Translations under genes and position numbers: made by a program
Shown here: one piece after another, positions 9,891-18,968 of the stretch
Layout: every line of letters begins with the position of its first letter
Position numbering within the stretch: position 1 is the stretch's first letter
Origin: Alphaproteobacteria bacterium
GTDB taxonomy: Bacteria > Pseudomonadota > Alphaproteobacteria > GCA-2731375
Assembly (NCBI GenBank): GCA_965232515.1
Contig: CBDDPY010000002.1
Coordinates: 3,328,001-3,392,000, forward strand
Direction: 5' to 3'
Length of the DNA stretch: 64,000 nt
Notes under the pieces: model-generated
What the model was told of the DNA's origin: nothing
The model's database searches: none
Seen by the model: only the letters and a program-made list of their open reading frames with translations

Positions 9891-10922
9891 ATGGCGTCAC
9901 AGACACTAACCCCCGGCGACATCATGCCGGCGACGGCCTTGACCGACATGGCCGGCACGGCGGTCGACCTGAATGCCGACGACTTGTCCGGCAACTACAT
10001 TGTCCTGGTGCTGCAGCGCGACAGCCGGGCCGTCAACGCACAGCTCTCGGCCTTCGAGGCGAAACGCGCACGCGTCGATGCCGTCGGCGCCAAGCTGTTC
10101 GTGGTTTTGCCGGCCGACACGCCACCTGCCGGCGACGAGGTGACGACGGCGGCAACCACGCTGCGCGATCAATCCGGCGCCCTTTTCGCCGCGTTCGATG
10201 CCGGCCCCGGACACGATTCGGTTACGATTCTGATCGCGCCGAACCAGCATATCGCCCTGGTGGCCCACGATGCCGACCCGGACCATGCCGACAGAGTGCT
10301 GGAGCTGATCGCGGCGCGGGCCGAGGCGCGAGCGACGCGGCAACTGGACATGCACCCACCGGTCCTGCTGGTGCCCGACGTGCTGAGTCCCGAAGATTGC
10401 CAGAAGCTGATCTCGATCTACCGGTTTCAGGGCAACGAGTTCGTCGAGTCCGGCCACAACGTCGTGCAAGGCCGCACCAGCGACTGCAAGATGAAAATCG
10501 ACGATTACGGCCGCGTCGACCGCATCGACCACTGGGTCGTCACATCAGATACCAATGCCTTCATCGACCAACGACTGAGCTCAAGACTGTTCCCGGAAAT
10601 CAAGAAGGCGTTCCAGTACCCGATTACCCGGCGCGAGCACTACCGGATCGCCTGCTACGAGGGCGAACGCGGCGGCGAGGCCCACGGTCACCGCGACGAC
10701 ACCGCCGCCATCGTGGCGCACCGGCGGTTCGCCGTGACCATCAATCTCAACACCGAGAACTACGAGGGCGGCGAGCTGCGGTTCCCGGAATTCGGCGACC
10801 AGCGCTACCGGCCGCCGACCGGTGCCGCGATCGTGTTTTCCTGCTCGCTGCTGCACGAGGTCATGCACATGGTCTCGGGCCGCCGCTTCGCCCTGCTCGC
10901 GTTCCTGTTCGGCGACAGCTAG
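9891..10922 (+). CDS. Redoxin-like domain fused to 2OG-Fe(II) oxygenase
   Basis: N-terminal AhpC/TSA-like region; HRD, YEGGELRFPEFG, FSCSLLHEV and GRRF 2OG-Fe(II) motifs. Confidence 0.82.
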   Translation: MASQTLTPGDIMPATALTDMAGTAVDLNADDLSGNYIVLVLQRDSRAVNAQLSAFEAKRARVDAVGAKLFVVLPADTPPAGDEVTTAATTLRDQSGALFAAFDAGPGHDSVTILIAPNQHIALVAHDADPDHADRVLELIAARAEARATRQLDMHPPVLLVPDVLSPEDCQKLISIYRFQGNEFVESGHNVVQGRTSDCKMKIDDYGRVDRIDHWVVTSDTNAFIDQRLSSRLFPEIKKAFQYPITRREHYRIACYEGERGGEAHGHRDDTAAIVAHRRFAVTINLNTENYEGGELRFPEFGDQRYRPPTGAAIVFSCSLLHEVMHMVSGRRFALLAFLFGDS

Positions 10923-11776
10923 GGACTCCTGGCAGAGACGACCCAGACGCCGCAACCGAGGACCAGCCCCGCATCGCCGATTAGCGGCGCGATCACCGGC
11001 GCCATGTCGGTCCGGACCTTCGCCAGCGTGGCCTCGTCGGCATCGCGCAGAAACCGACCGGCGGGACCGCGCACCATGACGGCTTCGACAGCGGCATCGA
11101 GATCCCGCGACGTCGTGATCGTGAATTCCCGGTCATGGGCTTCGAAGCGGACGTCAGCGAACCCGGCATCGGCAAGGATGCCCTCGACACGGGTCCTGTC
11201 GGCAAAGGAAAACTGACCCGGCGCGTCGGGCGCCTGCGGCGGCGGCGTCACATGCCGCAGCACGACCTCTCGCGGCACGGCCACCCAGGGGTTCTCCGCG
11301 ACCGGCCGCCAGCAGACGAAGGCCAACGTACCGTCCGCCCGCATGGCCGCGCGGATATTGCGAAACGCGGCGACCGGATCGGCGAAGAACATCACGCCGA
11401 ACCGCGAAAACACGGCATCGAACGGCCCGTCGGGGAACGTCTCCGTCGCGGCATCCCCGCTCAGGAGACGGAGCTGCGAAATCCTGGCCGCGCGGCGACG
11501 TTCCTCGGCCCGCGCCAGCATCGGCTCGGAAAGGTCGACGCCAAGGACGAAACCGTCCGCGCCGATGCGGTCCGCGAGCGCGAGGCTGGTGTCGCCGCAA
11601 CCGGTGCCAATGTCGAGAACGCGACTGCCGGCTTCGAGCGGCAGGCGCGCCATCGCCAGCTCGCCTAATGGGGCCAGCGTCTGGTCCCGCTGTTCCTGTT
11701 CCTTGATCCAGGAATCGCTCGCCTCGCCGTTCCAAAAGGCGCGTTGTGCCTCGGCGACTTCACTGATCGACGCCAC
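10919..11776 (-). CDS. Class I SAM-dependent methyltransferase
   Basis: VLDIGTGCG, GVDLSEPML, FDAVFSRFGVMFFADP. Confidence 0.88.
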   Translation of the reverse strand: MASISEVAEAQRAFWNGEASDSWIKEQEQRDQTLAPLGELAMARLPLEAGSRVLDIGTGCGDTSLALADRIGADGFVLGVDLSEPMLARAEERRRAARISQLRLLSGDAATETFPDGPFDAVFSRFGVMFFADPVAAFRNIRAAMRADGTLAFVCWRPVAENPWVAVPREVVLRHVTPPPQAPDAPGQFSFADRTRVEGILADAGFADVRFEAHDREFTITTSRDLDAAVEAVMVRGPAGRFLRDADEATLAKVRTDMAPVIAPLIGDAGLVLGCGVWVVSARSP

Positions 11777-11794
11777 GATACTCTCCCTGCTGTT

Positions 11795-13540
11795 CTAGAA
11801 TCCCGTTGTCAATGCGCCGCGCCGGCGGGGGTCGGACGCGCCGAGAAAGCCGACCTCGGCGCGCATGATGCTTTGCGTGCTGCCCATGGCGTTCTTCGCA
11901 ACGACCTTGTGGCCAAGATCCTCCAGCAGCCGGATGGTATCGGGGCTCAAGCCGGTCTCGACGCGCAACTCGTCGGGCAGCCATTGGTGATGAATGCGCG
12001 GCGCCGCGGAGGCGGCGGCGATATTCATCTCGTGATCGACCACGTTCATGATGATCTGCAGCACGGTCGTGATGATCCGGCTGCCGCCCGGCGAGCCGGT
12101 CGCGAGCCAGGGCGCGCCGTCCTTGAACACGATGGTCGGGCTCATCGAGCTCAACGGCCGCTTGCGCGGGGCGACGGCGTTGGCGTCGCCGCCGATCAAA
12201 CCGTAGGCGTTCGGCACGCCGGGCTTGGCGGCGAAGTCGTCCATCTCGTTGTTCAGCAGGATGCCGGTACCGGCGGCAGTGATTCCGGTGCCGTAGCTGA
12301 AGTTCAGCGTGTAGGTGTTCGAGACGACATTCCCCTTGTTGTCCATCACTGAGAAGTGCGTCGTCTCGTTGCTTTCGAATGGCATCGGATCGGCCGGGCC
12401 GATTTCCTCGGCGGATCGCGCCCGTTTGCCGTCGATCAAAAGCGCGAGCTCGGCCGCATAGGCCTTCGCGGTCAGGCCCTGCATCGGCACGCGCCAGAAG
12501 CCAGGGTCGCCCAGATGCTCCGAGCGGTCGGCATAGGCGAGCTTCATGGCCTCGGCCATCAGATGGATGGTGTCGGCACTGTTGTGACCGAGCTCGCCGA
12601 TCGGCCAGCGCTCCAGCAGGTTCAGGATCTGCACGATATGAATGCCGCCGGAGCTGGGCGGCGGCATCGAGGCGATCTCGACGTCGCGATAGCGGCCACG
12701 CACCGGCTCGCGCACCACCGGCTCGTAGGCCTGGAGGTCGGCGAGCGTGATCGGTCCGTCGTGCGCTGCCATCTCGGCGGCGATGCGCTCGCCGATCTCG
12801 CCTTCATAGAAGGCAGACGGACCTTGCGTTGCGATCAGCTCCAGCGACCGGGCGAGATCTTCCTGGACCAGCCGCTCGCCGGGTTCGTAGAGCCCGCCAT
12901 CCGGCTTGTAGAAGATTGCCGCCGAGGCCGGCCAATTCGACAACCGCTTCTGCCGGCTGGCGAGCGACGAAGCCAGGTCCTCGCTGACGACAATGCCGTC
13001 GCGGGCGAGCGCAATTGCCGGCGCGATCACGCGCTCCAGCGGCATCGTGCCGTAGAGTTCCTGCGCCAGGGCCAGACCGGCGACGGTGCCGGGCACGCCG
13101 ACGGAATGATGGCTGAAGCGGGCCTTCTGCTTGTCGACGTTGCCGTCGGCATCGAGATACATGTCGCGGCTCGCCGCCGCCGGCGCCATCTCGCGATAGT
13201 CCAGCGCCACGGTTTCGTCGCCGGCGGCATCGTGGATCAGCATGAAGCCGCCACCGCCCAGATTGCCGGCCCGCGGCAGCGTCACGGCCAGGGCGAAGCC
13301 GACGGCGACCGCCGCGTCGACGGCGTTGCCGCCCTGCTTCAGGATCTCGACGCCGACCCGCGTGGCCGTCGCCTCCTGGCTCGCGACCATGCCGTTCCGG
13401 GCCAGGACCGGATGATGAATGTCCTTGGCCGAGAGGATGGCCGCGTCCTGCGCCACCACTTGCGACGTCGCGAGACAGACCACCGCTCCCAGCACCGACA
13501 GTTCGCGCAAATGCTTCAAGATCGTGTCGACAGCCACCAT
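11795..13540 (-). CDS. ggt: Gamma-glutamyltransferase
   Basis: GGNAVDAAVA, ESNETTHFSV (Thr nucleophile), LNNEMDDF, RPLSSMSPT, GSPGGSRI; signal peptide. Confidence 0.95.
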   Translation of the reverse strand: MVAVDTILKHLRELSVLGAVVCLATSQVVAQDAAILSAKDIHHPVLARNGMVASQEATATRVGVEILKQGGNAVDAAVAVGFALAVTLPRAGNLGGGGFMLIHDAAGDETVALDYREMAPAAASRDMYLDADGNVDKQKARFSHHSVGVPGTVAGLALAQELYGTMPLERVIAPAIALARDGIVVSEDLASSLASRQKRLSNWPASAAIFYKPDGGLYEPGERLVQEDLARSLELIATQGPSAFYEGEIGERIAAEMAAHDGPITLADLQAYEPVVREPVRGRYRDVEIASMPPPSSGGIHIVQILNLLERWPIGELGHNSADTIHLMAEAMKLAYADRSEHLGDPGFWRVPMQGLTAKAYAAELALLIDGKRARSAEEIGPADPMPFESNETTHFSVMDNKGNVVSNTYTLNFSYGTGITAAGTGILLNNEMDDFAAKPGVPNAYGLIGGDANAVAPRKRPLSSMSPTIVFKDGAPWLATGSPGGSRIITTVLQIIMNVVDHEMNIAAASAAPRIHHQWLPDELRVETGLSPDTIRLLEDLGHKVVAKNAMGSTQSIMRAEVGFLGASDPRRRGALTTGF

Positions 13541-13752
13541 GGACCCCTCCGCCTGCTTGCCGACCGGCTCAGCACACCATGCCGGCGGGACGATTCGCCT
13601 TCCCGCCGCACGTCAGAATGTTGCCGATCGATGCCCTCGCCCATTTTTCGCGCCCGATTTCCGGGACGCTTAGACAATATTAACCACGACCGCGCAGTTT
13701 GCCGCTATCCTGACGATGTGTTGATCGTCTGCTGCGGGAACTGGAGGAAAAC

Positions 13753-13902
13753 GTGCTTCGAGGCATCGGCGTCGCCGCCAAGATAACCGGACTGTTGGGT
13801 GCCTGCCTCGGATTTGTCCTGACCGTGACCGTCATGGCCATGGCCCAGACCAGCACCCTCGAAACGTCCCAGCAGCACCGCATGACGGTCGGCGCCGACT
13901 AA
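13753..13902 (+). CDS. Putative 49-aa small membrane or secreted protein
   Basis: SD GGAGG at 13743-13747, GTG at 13753, MLRGIGVAAKITGLLGACLGFVLTVTVMAMAQTSTLETSQQHRMTVGAD*. Below the ORF-track size cutoff. Confidence 0.55.
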   Translation: MLRGIGVAAKITGLLGACLGFVLTVTVMAMAQTSTLETSQQHRMTVGAD

Positions 13903-14033
13903 GCCCGATTTGAACCGGCGCTGGCGCGCCGCCATCTTGTACCGCCGACTCCGTTGTCGTACATCTGAGCGCAAGACGACAGGCGGACGGAACCGTCGAT
14001 CCGCACCCCTCGCAGCGACGGCAAGAGGCTGGC

Positions 14034-15008
14034 ATGTCCGACTATCCCGAATTCACCGATCCGATGAAGCGGCCGCGCTATGTCGGCCTGCCGACGTTCA
14101 TGCGCGCGCCCTATGCGGAGGACCTGGCCGACGTGGACATCGGTCTGGTCGGCATCCCGTTCGATGGCGGCGTCACCAACCGGCCGGGCGCAAGGCACGG
14201 GCCGCGCGAGATCCGCAACCAGTCGAGCCTGATCCGGACCATCAACCACGCCAGCACGATCGCGCCGCACCGCATCTGCCGGGTCGCTGATGTCGGCGAC
14301 GCCTGGGTCGAGAAGCCGTTCGGGCTGGAAGGCGCGCTCGAGGAAATCGCCGACTTCTACCGCAAGCTCCATGCCGCCGGCGTCGCGCCGATCTCGGCCG
14401 GCGGCGACCATTCGGTGACGCTGCCGGTGATGCGCGGCATCGCCGCCGACCGGCCGGTCGGCATGGTGCATTTCGATGCCCATTGCGACACCGGCGACGA
14501 TTATCTCGGCTCCAAGTTCCACCACGGCGCGCCGTTCCGCCGCGCGGTCGAGGAAGGCCTGCTGGATCCCAAGCGCACGGTGCAGATCGGCATCCGCGGC
14601 AGCGTCAACGATCCCGACATCTGGAAGTTCAGCCACGATTCCGGCATGCGGGTTATCTATATCGAGGAATTCTACGAGCTCGGCGTGAAAGCCGTGATCG
14701 AGGAAGCCCGCCGCGTCGTCGGCGACGGCCCGACCTATGTCAGCTTCGACGTCGACGGCCTGGACCCGGTCTATGCGCCGGGCACCGGCACGCCCGAGGT
14801 CGGCGGCTTCACCACGGTCGAGGCGCAGATGATGATCCGCGGTCTGCAGGGCCTGAACCTGGTCGGCGGCGACGTCGTCGAGGTGGCGCCGCCGTTCGAT
14901 CCCAGCGGCAACACGGCCATGGTCGGCGCCACCATCATGTTCGAGATCCTCTGCGTCGTCGCCGACGCGGTCGCCGCCCGCAAGAACCTGCCCAAAGCGG
15001 CCGAGTAA
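14034..15008 (+). CDS. Ureohydrolase (agmatinase / guanidinopropionase-like)
   Basis: GARHGP, GGDHS, HFDAHCD, SFDVDGLDP..APGTGTP metal-binding motifs; resembles GpuA/SpeB. Confidence 0.9.
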   Translation: MSDYPEFTDPMKRPRYVGLPTFMRAPYAEDLADVDIGLVGIPFDGGVTNRPGARHGPREIRNQSSLIRTINHASTIAPHRICRVADVGDAWVEKPFGLEGALEEIADFYRKLHAAGVAPISAGGDHSVTLPVMRGIAADRPVGMVHFDAHCDTGDDYLGSKFHHGAPFRRAVEEGLLDPKRTVQIGIRGSVNDPDIWKFSHDSGMRVIYIEEFYELGVKAVIEEARRVVGDGPTYVSFDVDGLDPVYAPGTGTPEVGGFTTVEAQMMIRGLQGLNLVGGDVVEVAPPFDPSGNTAMVGATIMFEILCVVADAVAARKNLPKAAE

Positions 15009-15016
15009 TCGCTGGC

Positions 15017-15448
15017 ATGGCACGCCGGGGGCAGCGTGAACGGCGGTCGGAGCGTGGCTTCACGCTGATCGAGCTGCTGGTCGTGCTGGTGATCCTGGTG
15101 CTCATCGGCGGCCTGGTCGGGCCGCAGGTCCTGAAATATCTCGGCGGCGCGCGCAGCGACACCGCCGGCCTGCAGATGGACAATATTGCTTCCGCGCTCG
15201 ACCTCTACCGGCTCGACAACGGCCGCTACCCGACCGAGCAGGAAGGCCTGCAAGCCCTGATCGCGGCGCCGGCGGACGCCCGCCGTTGGGACGGCCCCTA
15301 TCTGCGGGGCGGCGAGGTGCCGGTCGATCCCTGGGACCGCGCCTATGTCTATACCGGCGATGGCGCCAGCTTCAGTTTGTCGACGTTGGGCGCTGATGGG
15401 TCCGAAGGCGGCGACGGCGAGAATCAGGACATCGTCCGAACAAACTAG
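15017..15448 (+). CDS. gspG: Type II secretion major pseudopilin
   Basis: RGFTLIELLVVLVIL prepilin motif, LDLYRLDNGRYPT..GL.AL, GPYL, DPW, LGADG..GG.GENQDI. Confidence 0.92.
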   Translation: MARRGQRERRSERGFTLIELLVVLVILVLIGGLVGPQVLKYLGGARSDTAGLQMDNIASALDLYRLDNGRYPTEQEGLQALIAAPADARRWDGPYLRGGEVPVDPWDRAYVYTGDGASFSLSTLGADGSEGGDGENQDIVRTN

Positions 15449-15861
15449 CGCGCTTCCGTCGACCGCACGCGGCCGGTCAGCCAGTCGATATCGATGTCGT
15501 AGCGTTCATCGCCGGCCTCCAGGCGCACCCGGCCGCCCGTCGAGCTGCCGTCGGGAAAGAACCGGATCGTATCCGTCTTTCGGTCAAGCGGTTCCAGGTT
15601 GGCATCGAACAGACGGAGCGTGATCTCGTCTGGCAGCGCGCGCGTGTCGGCGTCGAACCGGACCGTCGTTGCCCGGCGTCGGCCGGTTGCCTGCGCGCGG
15701 GCCTCCCGCAGTTCGGTGACCAAAGCCGCCGCCGTCGCCTTCAGCTCGGCCCCCGGCAGCAAGCGGCTGATCATCGGCGTCATCAGGGTGAGAACCGTGG
15801 CGACGATGGCGAGCACCACGAGCAGCTCGATCAGCGTGAAGCCGCGCGGCCGTGCCCCCAT
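15445..15861 (-). CDS. gspH: Type II secretion minor pseudopilin GspH-like
   Basis: RGFTLIELLVVL, IRFFPDGSSTGG, DWLTGRV. Confidence 0.8.
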   Translation of the reverse strand: MGARPRGFTLIELLVVLAIVATVLTLMTPMISRLLPGAELKATAAALVTELREARAQATGRRRATTVRFDADTRALPDEITLRLFDANLEPLDRKTDTIRFFPDGSSTGGRVRLEAGDERYDIDIDWLTGRVRSTEAR

Positions 15862-15865
15862 GCCG

Positions 15866-17554
15866 TCAGCCGAGCGTGACGCGCAGGACTTCATCCAGGC
15901 TGGTGGTGCCGGCGAGCGCCTTCGCGAGACCGTCGCGGTGGATCGTCGTCATCCCAGTCGCCACGGCCGCGGCCTCGATCTCCGTCGCCGGCGCTTGGCG
16001 CATGATCAACTGCCGGATTTGCTCGTCGACGGGCAGCACCTCGCCGATGGCGATACGGCCGCGATAGCCCGTGCCGTCGCAATGGTCGCAGCCGACCGGA
16101 CGACAGAGCGTCGCATCGCCCGGCAGGTCGAGCTGGCCGATCAGTTCGGCGCCGGCCGGATGCGGCTCGCGGCAATGCGGACAGAGCCGTCGCACCAGGC
16201 GCTGCGAGACAATACCGTTCAGCGTCGCGGTCAGTAGGTAGTCGGCGAGGCCCATGTCGGTGAGGCGTGTCACTGTCGCGGCGGCGCTGTTGGTATGCAC
16301 GGTCGACAACACCAGATGGCCGGTCAGTGCCGATTGTGCGGCGATCTGGGCGGTCTCGAGATCGCGGATCTCGCCGACCATGACGATGTCGGGATCGTGC
16401 CGCAGATAGGCCCGGAGCGCGGCGGCGAAATCGAGATCGACGGCGCGGTCGACCTGGACCTGGGTGATGCCGTCGAGCTGGTACTCGACCGGGTCCTCGA
16501 CGGTGACGATCTTGCGCTCGGGCGCGTTCAGGCGCTGCAACGAGGCGTAAAGCGTCGTCGTCTTGCCGCTGCCGGTCGGTCCGGTGACCAGGATGATGCC
16601 GTTCGGGCGTTGCAGCAGATCCAGATAGGTCTCGCGCCAGGCCGGCTCGAAGCCCATGGCGTCGAAATCGAGGTCGACGCCGCCGCCATCGAGGATGCGG
16701 ATGACCACGCCCTCGCCGTGGATGCCGGGCATGGTCGAGATCCTGAGATCGTATTCGCGGCCGCGCACGACGACGCGCGCCCGGCCGTCCTGTGGCCGGC
16801 GGCGCTCGGCATAGTTCAGCATCGACATGATCTTGATGCGCGAGACGATGGCGGCCTGCAGGTCGGCAGGCGGCGAATCCTGCGTGCGCAGCACGCCGTC
16901 GATGCGGTAGCGCAGCCGCAGGCCGGCGTCCGACGGCTCGATGTGGATATCGGAGGCCCGCGCCTCGACGGCGCGGTCGAGCATGCGGTCGACGAGGCGG
17001 ATGACCGGTGCCTCGTTCGCCCGGTCGCGCAGGCGTTCGGCATCGCGGCCGACCACCGTCACGCCTGTCGGCCGGGCCGCGCCGCCGTCGTCGCCGCCAT
17101 AGACCCGCTCGATCGCCGCATCGATCTCGCCGGGAATGGCGACGCAGGGGATTACCGGCTTGCCGGCCATGACCTCGATCGCCCGCATCGCCTCGCGGTT
17201 CAGCGGGTCAGCCATGGCGACGACCACGGCATCGTCCTTCTCCGCCAGCGGCAACAGACGCTCGCGCTGCAGGAACCGCTTGCTGGTGCGGCCGGCCAGC
17301 ACCGGCGTTTCGGGGAAGGACACGGCGGCGACCAGGTCCAGCCCCAGAACGTCGCTCAAGCCCTTGGCGACATCATGTTCCGACGCCAGACCCAGGCTGG
17401 TCAGCACCGCGCCGAAGGATAGGCCATGGTCGGGCGACCGCAGCGCCCGTTCGAAACCGGCTGGCGTCAGAACGCCGGAAGCGATGAGTCGTTTGCCAAG
17501 CGCGGCCGAGACGTCATCATCGTCGTTGACCGCCCCAGGCGCCTGCTCGCTCAT
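15866..17554 (-). CDS. gspE: Type II secretion ATPase
   Basis: ASDIHIEP, ERRRPQDGR, GPTGSGKTTTLY, TVEDPVEY, GEIRD, TGHLVLSTVHTN, CxxC...CxxC. Confidence 0.92.
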   Translation of the reverse strand: MSEQAPGAVNDDDDVSAALGKRLIASGVLTPAGFERALRSPDHGLSFGAVLTSLGLASEHDVAKGLSDVLGLDLVAAVSFPETPVLAGRTSKRFLQRERLLPLAEKDDAVVVAMADPLNREAMRAIEVMAGKPVIPCVAIPGEIDAAIERVYGGDDGGAARPTGVTVVGRDAERLRDRANEAPVIRLVDRMLDRAVEARASDIHIEPSDAGLRLRYRIDGVLRTQDSPPADLQAAIVSRIKIMSMLNYAERRRPQDGRARVVVRGREYDLRISTMPGIHGEGVVIRILDGGGVDLDFDAMGFEPAWRETYLDLLQRPNGIILVTGPTGSGKTTTLYASLQRLNAPERKIVTVEDPVEYQLDGITQVQVDRAVDLDFAAALRAYLRHDPDIVMVGEIRDLETAQIAAQSALTGHLVLSTVHTNSAAATVTRLTDMGLADYLLTATLNGIVSQRLVRRLCPHCREPHPAGAELIGQLDLPGDATLCRPVGCDHCDGTGYRGRIAIGEVLPVDEQIRQLIMRQAPATEIEAAAVATGMTTIHRDGLAKALAGTTSLDEVLRVTLG

Positions 17555-17634
17555 GTTCCGGTTCCGTGCGGCATCGGCGCATGGTGCCAGAAGGGCAGCG
17601 GCGGCGCCAGCCGACGGCGGCAGGGGCAGCGGTG

Positions 17635-17669
17635 TTGTGAAATTATGTATTATGATACAATTCTCACAA
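17635..17669. promoter_or_regulatory. AT-rich imperfect palindrome with extended -10-like element in the gspE/P450 divergent region
   Basis: TTGTGA-N23-TCACAA with inner tgtat/ataca symmetry; TGaTACAAT at 17653-17661. Confidence 0.5.
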
Positions 17670-17691
17670 TGCGTAATTTCGGAGAAGACTC

Positions 17692-18942
17692 ATGACGGCC
17701 GACAGCGCGGCGCGTGACTCCAGCGCCAAAGACGATCGCGGTCTGGCGGAAAGCTTCGATCTCCGCCGGCTGGATCGGACATTTCTGGACGACCCCTACC
17801 CCACCTATCACGCGCTGCGTCGCCACGATCCCGTGCGGCGGCTGGCGGACGGGTCCTACTTTCTGACCCGGTATGACGACATCGTCTCGGTCTACCGCGA
17901 TCCGGTGTTGTTCAGCTCGGACAAGAAGGTCGATTTCAAGCCCAATCTCGGCGACAGCCTGCTCTACGAGCACCACACCACCAGCCTGGTGTTCAACGAC
18001 CCGCCCTACCACACGCGGGTGCGCAAGCTGCTGGCCCCGGCGTTTACGCCGCGGGCGCTGCGGGCGCTGCAAACCCGGGTTGAGGCGCAGGTCGACCATC
18101 TGCTGGACCGGGCCGAGGATAGCGGCCGTATGGATCTGATCGCCGATCTCGCCTCGGCCCTGCCCGTGCAGCTGATCGGCGACATGCTGGGCGTCCCGCA
18201 GGACGAACGCGACCCGCTGCGCGGCTGGTCGCTGGCCATCCTCGGCGCGCTCGAGCCGGTGCTCACCAAGGAACAGTTCGACACAGGCTGCACAGCCGTG
18301 GCCGACTTCAAGGACTATCTGCGCGGGCTGATCGCCGACCGAAAGAAACACGCCGGCGCGCACGACGACGGCGAGATCCTGAGCAAGCTGATCGCCGCCG
18401 AGGAAGACGGCGAGACGCTGACCGAGCTGGAGCTGTTGCACAACTGCATCTTCCTGCTGAACGCCGGCCACGAGACCACCACCAACCTGATCGGCAACGG
18501 CGTCGAGGCGCTGTTCCGCTTTCCCGACGAGATGGCGCGCCTGCGCCGCGAACCCGACCTCATCAAGTCGGCGGTGGAGGAATTCCTGCGTTTCGAGAGC
18601 TCGAACCAGCTCGGCAACCGGCGGCTGACCCAAAACGCGGAGGTTGGCGGCGTCGCCATGGAGGCCGGCACCTATATCCATGTCTGCATCGGCGCGGCGA
18701 ACCGCGACCCGTCGCAGTTTTCGGACCCCGATCGGCTCGACATCACCCGCAGCCCGAACCGGCACCTCGCTTTCGGCTCGGGCATCCATGCCTGCGCCGG
18801 CATGTCGCTCGCCCGCATGGAAGGCCAGGTCGCCATCGGAAAGCTGTTGCGGCGCTTTCCGAACCTGCGCCCCGACGGCGCGCCGGTACGCGGCGGCCGC
18901 GCTCGTTTCCGCGGTTTCCTGTCGCTGCCCGTCGCGCTCTAA
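17692..18942 (+). CDS. Cytochrome P450
   Basis: DPPYHTRVR, AGHETTTNLI, EEFLR, HLAFGSGIHACAG heme-Cys motif. Confidence 0.95.
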   Translation: MTADSAARDSSAKDDRGLAESFDLRRLDRTFLDDPYPTYHALRRHDPVRRLADGSYFLTRYDDIVSVYRDPVLFSSDKKVDFKPNLGDSLLYEHHTTSLVFNDPPYHTRVRKLLAPAFTPRALRALQTRVEAQVDHLLDRAEDSGRMDLIADLASALPVQLIGDMLGVPQDERDPLRGWSLAILGALEPVLTKEQFDTGCTAVADFKDYLRGLIADRKKHAGAHDDGEILSKLIAAEEDGETLTELELLHNCIFLLNAGHETTTNLIGNGVEALFRFPDEMARLRREPDLIKSAVEEFLRFESSNQLGNRRLTQNAEVGGVAMEAGTYIHVCIGAANRDPSQFSDPDRLDITRSPNRHLAFGSGIHACAGMSLARMEGQVAIGKLLRRFPNLRPDGAPVRGGRARFRGFLSLPVAL

Positions 18943-18968
18943 TACGTCTTCTGAGTGGGGAAGATGCA

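Noticed and set aside
5076-15448. Repeated 4-nt stop-codon overlaps of convergent genes (5076, 10919, 15445)
   Set aside because: Common in compact bacterial genomes.
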